Part shown: positions 51,821 to 60,501 of the stretch, piece after piece
Position numbering within the stretch: the stretch's first letter is position 1
Layout of the letters: the number at the start of each line of letters is the position of its first letter
From: Octopus sinensis
Lineage: Eukaryota
Direction of reading: 5' to 3'
Assembly (NCBI RefSeq): GCF_006345805.1
Contig: NC_043004.1
Location: 6,014,001-6,078,000, forward strand
DNA length: 64,000 nucleotides
Translations under genes and position numbers: made by a program
The notes under the pieces: model-generated
What the model was told of the DNA's origin: nothing
Database searches by the model: none
What the model saw: only the letters and a program-made list of their open reading frames with translations

Positions 51821-54800
51821 GTGTATGAAAAGTTTTCAGCCTTCATCAGAAGTCTTGTACCATGTTTTATTTTGTTGAGGCTCAAGACTTTTCATACACC
51901 CCTCATATATATATATATGGTATCATGTCTTGTTATGCTTATGATTGATTTACTGCAACAGTCAATGCATTTGTGCAAGCATATATTTCTTCCACAACAC
52001 CATCACCCCCCCCCCCCCAAAAGTCACAGAATGACCAAATGGATAAGATATTGAACTCTCTAGTTATTATGTATGAGTTCAAATCCACTGCTGGATTTAT
52101 TTTGTTTCTGAGCAAACTTCAGTTCACCTCTATTGAACTTAGGTATTAGTTTATCTGGAAAGGCTCCTTGATAAACTGGCTTTCTTTCCAGTGGAATATT
52201 TCTCTTACATTTGCTACATGTCATGAAAATAGACTTGTCATCAGTGTCATTTTAATGGTCACTTCACTTTTCCATACTTGCACAGGCTGGATGGAGTTTA
52301 TTGAGGCAGATTTTCTATGGTTGTTGGTGACAAGAAGCCAAACATGTTTTTGCTGAATATCAGAAAGGAATAACATTAATTTACAACAATCATGAAATGT
52401 TAATACAAGGAGACATAAACATACATTCACTCACTTTCCCACACGTATGTACATATATGTAATAAATACACACACACACACACAAATCCACTCACAAGGC
52501 TTTGGTCAGCTGAGAGCTATAATAGGAGACACTTGCCCAATTTGCTACAGAGTGGGACTGAATCCCAAATCATATAACTGGGAAGCAAACTTATGAACCA
52601 TATAGCCAAGCCTGTGCCTATAAGTGAGGTCTTACCTCACTTAAAAATCCCCTTTGTTGCTGAGATGACTTTTACACCCTTCCTCCCTATGACCTATTAC
52701 ACTTCTCTCTATTTCTACACTTCCGATCTGAGCTATAGATTAAAACACTTGCTGTTGCAGGTTTTGTGTTTCTGAATTCTATCTACAGTTTTCTTTGATA
52801 GCTTGTTCTATCTTTCTTGTTATTTAAGAAAATATGATAACTGATAAACATTTTGCACTTACCATATTTTCTGGTGTAAAAGTCAGCACATTATATAATA
52901 ATATTAAAATTGAAATTATTGTGTATAGTGCTCAGATGCACTACAACTCATTAAAGGTCATGTACAGTACATAGAATTATGTACAAAAGTCAGGAAAGTG
53001 AACAGTGTATGGGTCATGATAGACATCTGTGCAATCGTTTGGAGGGGGCTATCAGGTGTAGTGTTGGTGAATTTCAGGAAGCATGGAGGTTTTAAAGGAT
53101 GCAATGTCTATAGTATAAACATCCAAACATCACTATTTTTACAAATCCTACTGTATTTACCATGGAATTTTTGGTCTCAAAATTTTGACTTGTATTCCAG
53201 AAAATATGGTAGAATTTTTTAATACAGAACCTCATCAGTTTCCTCTGATCCTATTATTTTGCTTTAAATACACTTTGGTTTATGTTATCATCTGTGAATT
53301 TCAATAATTTTCTTTTTATTTTCCAATCTGAAGACCTGTGAGAATGTTCTTGAAGTCATAATGGAGTGCCAGAAAATATCCAGCTGTTTACCCCGCCTCA
53401 AGTGGTCAGAACCAGTTCTTAATGTTGTTACTCAGTTGATGGATGCTGCTATTGAATTTATTGGTCAACATTTTACTAGTGTTATTGCTAGTAAGCATTT
53501 CATGTCACTAGATCAGGTATGCTTTTCAGAAATTTTATCTTGCTTTCAATCTAAATTCTAACTAAAGATGCTTTCTTCTTCTGATATTCAAATTGACACA
53601 TCAGATTTTTTATAAAACCAATTAACTGTTGCATTTTTGGCTTTTTTTTTTTTTTTAGAACTTTTTTAAAGAAACAAAACACTTTTATCCATATGCTGGG
53701 ACATTAATTTTACTGCTGTTTATGAACAAATATTTGTTTACATCTTTTATAGGACTGTGGCTATGTTGGGGCACCACCTTCAGTTTTAGCCAGGCAAATC
53801 TATCCCAGTACTTGTCTAGCACCTGTGTCGGTGGCACATAAAATCACTCACTACACTCTCGGAGTGGTTGGCGTTAGGAAGGGCATCCAGCTGTAGAAAC
53901 ACTGCCAGATCTGACTGGCCTGGTGCAGCCTTCGGGCTCCCCAGACCCCAGTTGAACCGTCCAACCCATGCTAGCATGGAAAGCGGACGTTAAATGATGA
54001 TGATGATGGTACTTATTCTATCAGTTTCTTTTGGTAAACCACAGAGTTACGGGTATGTAAACAAATCAACCCCAGTTGTCGAGCAGATAGGAGGTCTCTC
54101 TCTCACACACACACACAAAACAGACTTCAACACAGTTTCTGTCTACTAAATTCACTAAGAACTCTGTCATTGAATTCCTGTAGCCTGGTGTTATAGTAGA
54201 AGACACTTGTCCAAGGTGAACTGAAACCATATATGATTGAAATAGTTAAAAGGTGGGCAGCTTTGAGTATGGTGTCTAAACACCTTAAAACTGTGTATAA
54301 CATATTTATCACTATATTCATCAAAGATTATGGATGGTGTCGGCATCAGATTAAAGAAAAATTGAACTAATATTGCTTATAGTTTCATCTATTTTTTATT
54401 GTATTATATTAAAAAAGAAAAGTAGTTTTCAACAATATCAAGAACATTATAATCTGCTTATTTTCATATTGCTTACTATTTTTGTGTTTTATTGTAATCA
54501 GATAATGGCATGGAGTATGTCTCTTTTGGATGAAGTATTTACTATGGTTATAAAATCTCTGCCCATGGAGAAAGCTTGTCAGACTTACCTGTCTTTGAGC
54601 AGACTTGTTGCTCATGCTGAAGACCCAAACTGTGTTTGGACTGAGGTACGTATATTGTGTTTGAATAAGTGTGAAAGAGAAATGATGGCCATTATATTTT
54701 TACAATGGAACAGAGGTCATGCTGGGGTACTGTTAGTGTATATCAGCCAGCTATTTTACATTGCATGCAAATACACTCAAACATGTTGCATATAACTTTA

Positions 54801-56465
54801 CACGATTAATACAACAGACGTTCAGATGAATGTCTGCAAGTCAGTGATTGTTGCAAAAATGTGCAACAAGATGGGAATGGATCATTTAATTTAAATGAAC
54901 CCCTGCTAAAAGCATGTAAAGTCTTGGCAGAGGTGTTAAACCTTGTGGTGCATTGGACATACCTAATTCAAAATTTAACAAGAGTATTCAGAGAATGCAA
55001 ATTTCTGCCAAGGCAACACCAACATCCTCTCAACAATTAGCCAGAGATGATTTTTAAAGTGAAAATATCTGAAATAAACTCGATTGCTCTCACAAACGGG
55101 AATATTAAAAATGAACCCGACCGCTCTCAAAAATTAAGTAAAAAAAACAGGAAAAATAATCAAGAATCCTTGTCTGGTACTGGATTGATCCCCAAATCTA
55201 ATCAGTTTGTGCCAGTCACGAGGCCAAATATCTGTGAAAGTTTCATCTGAATTCATCCAGTGGTTCTTGAAATATCTTGTCCACGGACAAACAAACAAAT
55301 ACAATTGAAAACAATGCCTCTGCCTTAGTGGAGGTAATAATACCACTGTAATTATGAGTATCTTGCCTTTGATTACTGTCATTAATATTTCTTGTTAATA
55401 AGGAGGTTAAGCTAACAGTCATTGAACAAAATGCTTCATTGCATTTCTTCCAATTTTATGCATTAAGTTCAAATTCCACTGAGGTTGACTTTGCATTTCA
55501 TCCTTTCAGGGTCAATATAATTGACTAGCCCCCTCCCCTCAAAACCTCAAGTCTTGTGCCTATAGCAGAAAGATTATTCTTTGTAAATGGCAAGCTGGCA
55601 GAATTGATACCATGCTGAACAAAGGTGCTTTGCAGCATTTCTTCTGGTTTTACATTCTTTGTTCAAATGCCACTGAGGTCAACTTTGGTTGCCATCCTTT
55701 TGGGGATTGATGTAATAGATCCCCACCACCTCATCCAAATTGCTGGCCTTGTGCCAAAACTTAAAAACAATTACCATTTCTTGTTAACATAACTTTTCAG
55801 ATTCTTTATTTCTCCTTTGATGTAAGTCACAACCTCCCCACCCCCTCAAATTACACTTAAACTACTTCCTAAAAGGATATCTTCAAGAATGTTTATTTCA
55901 GCAACAATTAAGAAAGTTTCTATACAATTAAGAATATATAATAGTAATTAGCTTGTCACTCGTTGCTAGCTATTAATTTTCCTATAGGTTCAGATTTGCT
56001 GTAAACTTTTGGCTCTTAATTATCTAATGCAGTATACTTTGAACTAATTATTATACTAATTGCTACTTAGTTGACTGTTTTTATTTAACGTTGCAAATTT
56101 TTTTTTCCTTATTTTTATTTTTTCAGGATTTTATCACATTTATCCAATCATTATTTAAGAAGAGTGAAGATTATTTAAAGCTACATATTCACCAGGTGGC
56201 GCACTGTAAAGATTGGGATTTACTCACAGATGACATGCAAAAGAAGATCATGACATGTTAGTAACTTTTCTTTTATTAGTTTGTTTGTCATTTGACTGTG
56301 GCCATGCTGGAGCACCGCTTGTAGTCAAACAAATTGACCCCAGGACTTATTCTTTGTAAGCCTTGTACTTATCCTATTGATCTCTTTCGCCGAACCGCTA
56401 AGTTACACAGACGTAAATGCACTAACATTGGTTGTCAAGCAATGATGGTGGGATAAACACAGACT

Positions 56466-56512
<47 letters not shown>

Positions 56513-59500
56513 TAAGCTTCTTTCAGGTTCTGTCTACCAAATCTACTCGCAAGGCTTTGGTTGGCCTGAGGCTATAGTAGAAGACACTGGCCTAAGGTGC
56601 CATGCATTGGGACTGAACCCAGAACCATGTGGTTGGTAAGCAAGCTACTTACCACACACCCATGCTTGTTTTTCTTTTAATTTTTTACTTTTGTAAATTT
56701 TTCATATTTTATATTTAAATATTTTCTTTTAATCTATTCAGAACTGTAATACACTTTAAATTTGTCGTAATTTCCATATTAGCACCATCTTACTCACTTG
56801 TGCATTATCTTGCTTAGCAACAGATATAGAGCATGGAATTTTAGATCTCTGTATCAGATAAAGCAATTTCCTGTAGAATTGAACCCAAAACCAGTGGCAG
56901 ATTGGCCAGGTTGCCAGCTTGCCCAATGGTAAGTGGGCCCCTGTACCATTAGAATCCATATATGGGGGGCCAAACCCCTCAAGTTTGAGAATTTTTTATT
57001 CACCTGTGGAAGAATGCATTAATTATTTCAGCCAGGCTGTGTTTGTACACAGTTGAAAAGAATACTGTTAACAAAAAAAAAAAAAAAATTAGATGACAGC
57101 ATTGTCTCTTGGCAACCAATATTTTTAGACCCAGTCCACCACTGCCCAAAACCATGTAGCATGCAAAGCTATGCCTGTGAGACAACATTTTACTGTACAC
57201 CAAGCTCCACAAAATACAAGGATCAGTATCTTAGTTTCCTAGTAAAATTTTAATTCTTTAAAATAAGGAGCAATTAAAAGAACCTGTAAATTTAAAGCAA
57301 TATTTACATTAAAAATTATTTTCCTAACATTACCATATCGTTGCTTTCATACAGCTGCATACTATGTATGTATTGACAACAGCAATCGAGGTAAGATGCC
57401 ACCTAAACTGACCAGTATGCAGAAGGTAAGATTTTGGTTTTTATTTTTTTCTGAAATATTTGGTGTTTCCTTTTTGTATTTGGTTTGCAGAATTCATGAT
57501 GTGAACTCATGTGTTGAAACATTTTGCTGGATCTTGGGAGGTTCATTATGTCAATATAAACACTGGTTCTATTTCACTTCTTTTACTATTTTATTAGTCA
57601 GTTTGTTAATCATTTAACTGATTGACTGACTGAACTAATCAAGCAATCACTCAGCTATGTTTAGCAAAGTTATTGAAGAGGACACAAATAGCGATGAAAT
57701 GACTTTGGCAAACCTAGTTGATTGATTTATATAATTAATCAATTGGTTAATTGACCAATAATAATAGGAATTGTGGGTGTAGAAGATGGCTGGATAAATA
57801 TAATGTCAGTGTTTTCATATAATTGAATGGAACAAATGTTAAGTACAGGTTACAAAGTGTTTTGTAGGTCTACAATCATGGAAGATAATTATAAATCTAC
57901 AACCTGGCAGGAGGCATTGAGATGCCGTTGGAATGGAGATGGTGCACATAGAAAGCTAAATTATTGCTCCCCTTTCACAAAAGTATTTATTTTGCTGTAT
58001 TTTTTATAAGCCAAGTGAGACTGTAACTGTGGCCTATGCCTGTGCAGCATAACCGGCCCATCTAAGAGTACCCTTCAATCATTGGGCAATAAACTGTGCT
58101 TGTGAAGACCTGTTGATTCAAGTAAAGACATTGTTGTGGCCAATGACAGTAACACCTGGTTGGCACAAAAAACGCACCATTCAAGCATGGTTGATGCCAG
58201 TGCTGCCTGACTGGCTCCTATGCCACTGGCACATAAAAAGCACCATTCAAGTGTGGTTGATACCAGTACTGCCTGACTGGCCCTCATGCCAGTGGCACGT
58301 AAAAAGCAGCCACTGCACTCTCGGAGTAGTTGACGTTAGGAAGGGCATCCAGCTGTAGAAACTCTGCCAGATCAGATTAGAGCCTGGTGCAGACTACTGG
58401 CTTACCAGCCCTCAGTCAAACTGCCCAACCCATGCCAGCATGGAAAGAAGACGTTAACCGACGACAACAATGATAATGATAGAATTAGCCCAGATCAGTC
58501 CTAATCCAAATTAGGCTTTTGACCAAAAGGTATTCAGGCTCTGAACATCCAGTCTTAACTTTCAGACAGTATATCTAGGTCTACATTGGACTAGTGGTTA
58601 GAATATTGCATCACAACTGCTAGAATACAGGTTCGATACCTAAACCGTGCAGCATATTGTTTTCTTGAGCAAAACACTTCATTTCATGTTAGTCCAGTTT
58701 ACCCAGCTCTAAATGGGCCACCCTGTGATGGAATAGCCCTTTAATCAGGGAGAATGTTGGTTTGCTTGCCCAGTCAGTGAGGTGGCATCGTTTAAAAGCC
58801 AAAATATGTGAAGCACAATGTGACCAGCAATGTATAACGATGCCATGATATCTAGGTCGATATTACCCAGTATATCCTTTTTTAGTTTTGGAAGATGTGT
58901 CCTATTGAGGGAAATTTGACTATTTCTAGTATATCAAATGACTATGTAGAGGCTACCTCATTTACTTGAAATTAGATTTAGTATTTACATAGAGCTGAAA
59001 GTGTGAACCAACTGATCCAAGACCAAGTTGCTAACTGCATTGGTTGCTTCCTACAATGCTCAATAAAAATAACATAAAAAACATTAATGCAGTAGGGTCA
59101 TGAAAGTAAACAATAACTAATATGTATCTATGTAAACAAACATGACATAAATCTGGTATATGCAAATGAGGCATTATGAAATAAAAATAACTATCTAGGT
59201 ATCATAGTGTATATACACTGTAGATAGGACAGCTATCCTGTGATAATATCTTTGACATACTGTGTTAAAAACACAAGATATATCAGAGGGAAATAAGAAA
59301 TTGTCCCAGTAGTGATCAGTATGAATGCCAGATGCATTTTAGCTTTTTTTGTTTTAAATTTTTTTTTTTAAAATTTTTTTTACCTATGCACATGTGGCTG
59401 GCTACAAGAACACATCACATTATTTACATTTGGCAGATATTTGTCCTCATCTTGTTTGTTGTTAACACAACGTTTTGGGAAATTTCAAACCCGAGTTCTC

Positions 59501-60501
59501 ATTCCTAAGGTTTTTTTCGATGTTGTTATTATTCAGGTCACTGCTTGGAATTGGACTCGGAATCTTGGGGTTAGTAGCCTGCGCTCTTAACCACTACGCC
59601 ATATAATAATAACAGTGAAAAATACCTTAGGAATGAGAACCCAGGTTCGAAATTCCTCAAGACACCTGATGAAGGCTGGAGGGTATATCAGCCAAAACGT
59701 TGTGTTAACAACAAAGATGAGGACAAATACCCGTCAAATGTACATAATTCCTCATCTCTTAAATATAGAACTGAAGAACATATCAATTGATAAGTTCCAA
59801 AAAGGGCCAAGACGCATCAAGCATTCTTTCTGACTGCTGGTAGGACAAACTTTTGTCTGATATTTGTCCTCTACATAGCATATCCATAAGCGATGTTATC
59901 TCAGGAAAAATACCACAGTATAATATATATTATGTATACATTAAATATGATACATAGATGGCTAAAGCTTTCAAATAATTCAATATTTTCTTTTTGTTTC
60001 CAGAGAAGAACGGGAGCTGAAATGATAAAAATGTTAAAAGAGGATGGAACCTATATGTTGCCTGGGTCAGAAAATGTATCAACTACAAAGGGTTCCCCTA
60101 AAAGCCAGAAATCCATCAAAAGTACAGTTGCTCAGTCAGGGTCGCCAACACAGTCTCGAATTCCTACCCCTCGTGGTTCACCTGCAAAAGGTAGAGAGCC
60201 CAGTAAAATTCCTGGACTCAGTGACAGCCACAGAAAAGGAAGGCCTTCAAAAGTACCAACAAAAATAACCATAGCTCCAACTACAGATCCGGAAGATGAA
60301 GTACTTACAGTGTCTATAGTGGATGGGACAGTTACAGAAGATGAGAATCCTAAATGGCCTATAGCTAATCGGAAGCAAAATATAAATCTACTCAAGAGAA
60401 ACAATAGTTTTGGTGAACTTGTCACAGAAGAAGCTAAAATGTTACAGCTAAAAATGAGGAGCAATTCCATTGGCCTAATGGAAGAAAAAATCCTGCGAAA
60501 A
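35472..60501 (+). CDS. BTBD8: Spliced BTBD8-like gene (BTB-BTB-BACK-like + disordered tail); join(35472..35614,38385..38471,39455..39553,43121..43849,46814..46903,47727..47904,50623..50814,53334..53516,54502..54645,56127..56256,57355..57425,60004..60501); probably 3'-incomplete
   Basis: All 12 exons have AG/GT boundaries and phases that join into one stop-free frame (2544 nt). Translation follows the motif order I recall for vertebrate BTBD8 (D-I-T-F..AHK.IL.AR; SHK-CIL.SRS.YF.SM..G.WAE; LYGG..D; ADMY..DGLK; C.FF.KP; LPR.KW.E; W.LL..D.Q.KI). Orthology is from memory, not BLAST. Confidence 0.85.
36110..36312. repeat. Compound (TG)/(TA) microsatellite
   Basis: Direct inspection. Confidence 0.9.
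36883..37786 (+). mobile_element. Non-autonomous mariner derivative (904 bp) made of two inverted 5' ends
   Basis: TA at 36881-82 and 37787-88; inverted arms of ~250-290 bp; internal N-terminal transposase remnants (CSEAYEKLQIVYGEECISHTQVYEWF; EDLGMRHMSAKFAPKLL). Confidence 0.88.
38385..38471 (+). CDS. BTBD8: Exon B, BTB1 start (MFDEAIHPDITFNIGNNEISAHKIILQAR)
   Basis: cctttcag acceptor, AG|gtaatt donor, 87 nt, phase 2-2; classic BTB beta1-beta2-AHK motif. Confidence 0.92.
39455..39553 (+). CDS. BTBD8: Exon C, BTB1 (EGDIYNLLLNNLANDNSTNAKNVTYKEVRDFLR)
   Basis: Long pyrimidine tract + cag, AG|gtaagt donor, 99 nt, phase 2-2. Confidence 0.88.
40541..40755 (+). mobile_element. SINE family B
   Basis: ggcagtaaacttgcagaattattagcacg...ctgagttcaaat...cctttcatcctttcagggttgataaaa. 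Confidence 0.78.
41455..41875 (-). mobile_element. Family C element inserted inside a family B SINE (41385-42020)
   Basis: B head ends ~41450 and B resumes ~41880. Confidence 0.75.
42514..42906 (+). mobile_element. SINE family A
   Basis: Full length; ends ~215 nt upstream of exon D. Confidence 0.8.
43121..43849 (+). CDS. BTBD8: Exon D: end of BTB1, long Ser-rich linker, start of BTB2 (...LGSQLLRMLLQGTTTNCVLTARTQDFRSHK)
   Basis: ttctgcag acceptor, AA|gtaaga donor, 729 nt stop-free, phase 2-2; contains track ORF 43227..43853. Confidence 0.92.
45858..46003 (+). mobile_element. Family C tail, young subfamily
   Basis: Near-identical to 53879-54008. Confidence 0.82.
46068..46435 (+). mobile_element. 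SINE family A (5'-truncated)
   Basis: gcatggcaccttgggcaa...ggtgctccagcatggccacagtcaaatgactgaaacaag. Confidence 0.85.
46535..46748 (+). mobile_element. SINE family B
   Basis: gtggtgagctggcagaa...gaaatgcttagcggtatttcg...ctgagttcaaat; ends ~65 nt before exon E. Confidence 0.8.
46814..46903 (+). CDS. BTBD8: Exon E, BTB2 (CILASRSKYFYSMFNGSWAETDAEKLHLE)
   Basis: ttttgtcag acceptor, AG|gtaatt donor, 90 nt; canonical BTB S.YF..MF.G.W.E motif. Confidence 0.93.
47727..47904 (+). CDS. BTBD8: Exon F, BTB2 end (ISSVVLEQLLLFLYGGVVDLIDNCDVVELLVIADMYAIDGLKDVVCFNLRYEKCHFFHK)
   Basis: Strong pyrimidine tract + tacag, AAG|gtaaac donor, 178 nt, phase 2-0. Confidence 0.95.
48168..48556 (-). mobile_element. SINE family A
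   Basis: Full length, reverse orientation. Confidence 0.88.
48652..49458 (+). mobile_element. RTE LINE 3' fragment, same family
   Basis: RCGVQERRLCWYGHMVRMVEDSCVKKC...GRGRPRMT, then 3' UTR and GAT tail. Confidence 0.88.
50063..50436 (+). mobile_element. SINE family A, young copy
   Basis: ggcacaggagtggctgtgtggtaag (A box), gggttcagtccc (B-box-like), full tail. Confidence 0.9.
50623..50814 (+). CDS. BTBD8: Exon G, BACK-like (PCPGCIAGVPEVFVLSKMYNMADLYERCLKWINKNFSKVWPTKSF...)
   Basis: tttcaag acceptor, ATG|gtataa donor, 192 nt, phase 0-0. Confidence 0.9.
50921..51767 (+). mobile_element. Internally deleted Tc1/mariner-superfamily element (maT/DD37D-like motifs)
   Basis: TA-flanked imperfect ~21-bp TIRs (agggtgcaatggataaattgt / rc agggtgcgatgaatatactgt); remnants KHPVDIMVFGVITSDGNVMPPFIFP..LRLNTKAYIKCLEE and PPNSPDC. 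Confidence 0.75.
52862..53209. mobile_element. Tc2/pogo-like MITE
   Basis: TIRs ccatattttctgg..a.aagtca at both ends; TA on both sides (52860-61, 53210-11). Confidence 0.7.
53334..53516 (+). CDS. BTBD8: Exon H (TCENVLEVIMECQKISSCLPRLKWSEPVLNVVTQLMDAAIEFIGQHFTSVIASKHFMSLDQ)
   Basis: Pyrimidine tract + gaag, CAG|gtatgc donor, 183 nt, phase 0-0. Confidence 0.88.
53815..54010 (+). mobile_element. Family C tail, young subfamily, inserted in an old - family A SINE
   Basis: Near-identical to 45858-46003. Confidence 0.82.
54502..54645 (+). CDS. BTBD8: Exon I (IMAWSMSLLDEVFTMVIKSLPMEKACQTYLSLSRLVAHAEDPNCVWTE)
   Basis: taatcag acceptor, GAG|gtacgt donor, 144 nt, phase 0-0. Confidence 0.87.
54977..55340 (-). 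mobile_element. HINE/DINE-like element, copy 2
   Basis: Reverse complement aligns over most of copy 1 (e.g. ctaatcagtt, caatccagtaccagacaagga, ttatttttcctg). Confidence 0.65.
55420..55770 (+). mobile_element. Cluster of partial SINE family B copies
   Basis: gttcaaat(t/g)ccactgaggt(t/c)(g/a)act motif repeated. Confidence 0.6.
56127..56256 (+). CDS. BTBD8: Exon J (DFITFIQSLFKKSEDYLKLHIHQVAHCKDWDLLTDDMQKKIMT)
   Basis: T-rich tract + tcag, T|gttagt donor, 130 nt, phase 0-1. Confidence 0.87.
56268..56668 (-). mobile_element. SINE family A
   Basis: Full length, reverse orientation; starts within ~30 nt of the exon J donor. Confidence 0.88.
56892..57144. mobile_element. hAT-type MITE (253 bp)
   Basis: Imperfect TIRs cagtggcagattgg / cccagtccaccactg; perfect 8-bp TSD cccaaaac at 56884-56891 and 57145-57152. 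Confidence 0.85.
57355..57425 (+). CDS. BTBD8: Exon K (SAYYVCIDNSNRGKMPPKLTSMQK)
   Basis: catacag acceptor, AAG|gtaaga donor, 71 nt, phase 1-0; this is the exon that restores frame between J and L. Confidence 0.78.
58016..58475 (+). mobile_element. RTE 3' UTR fragment / family C
   Basis: Same UTR modules as 29220-29870. Confidence 0.78.
58590..58860 (+). mobile_element. SINE family D relative with Deu/Nin-like central domain
   Basis: tRNA-like head; ttgagcaaaacacttcatttcatgtt..ccagt central motif also present at 21155-21340. Confidence 0.5.
59424..59601 (-). mobile_element. tRNA-derived SINE head (59534-59601) followed by a tail (59424-59533) lacking most of the hammerhead core
   Basis: Minus strand reads TGGCGTAGTGGTTAAGAGCGC (A box/D arm)...GAGTCCAATTCC (degenerate B box); the tail is the reverse complement of 59604-59745 minus ~36 nt. 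Confidence 0.7.
59604..59772 (+). mobile_element. Second, inverted copy of the same tail, with hammerhead motif (PLE-like terminal sequence)
   Basis: aataataac...gaaaaataccttaggaatgagaacccaggttcgaaatt...[HHR]...gtgttaacaacaaagatgaggacaaata matches the reverse complement of 59424-59533. Confidence 0.7.
59661..59706 (+). ncRNA. Minimal type I hammerhead ribozyme motif (Penelope-like), G12 mutated to A
   Basis: GACAC (stem I) - CTGATGA (59666-59672) - A - GGCTG/10-nt loop/CAGCC (stem II) - AAAA in place of GAAA - palindromic ACGT stem III with no loop - T (triplet GUU) - GTGTT (stem I 3' strand). Confidence 0.7.
60004..60501 (+). CDS. BTBD8: Exon L, basic Ser/Pro/Thr-rich disordered region (RRTGAEMIKMLKEDG...EEKILRK)
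   Basis: Pyrimidine tract + ccag; lies within track ORF 59893..60603; putative donor AAA|gttagg at 60502 (weak; the frame otherwise runs to TAA at 60601-60603). Confidence 0.8.

Noticed and set aside
59534-59601. tRNA gene
   Set aside because: Only A/B-box-like and D-arm parts are present; no acceptor stem and a degenerate T arm, so it is a SINE head.
60044-60470. Alternative-frame and antisense ORFs over exon L
   Set aside because: Shadow ORFs of a real coding exon.
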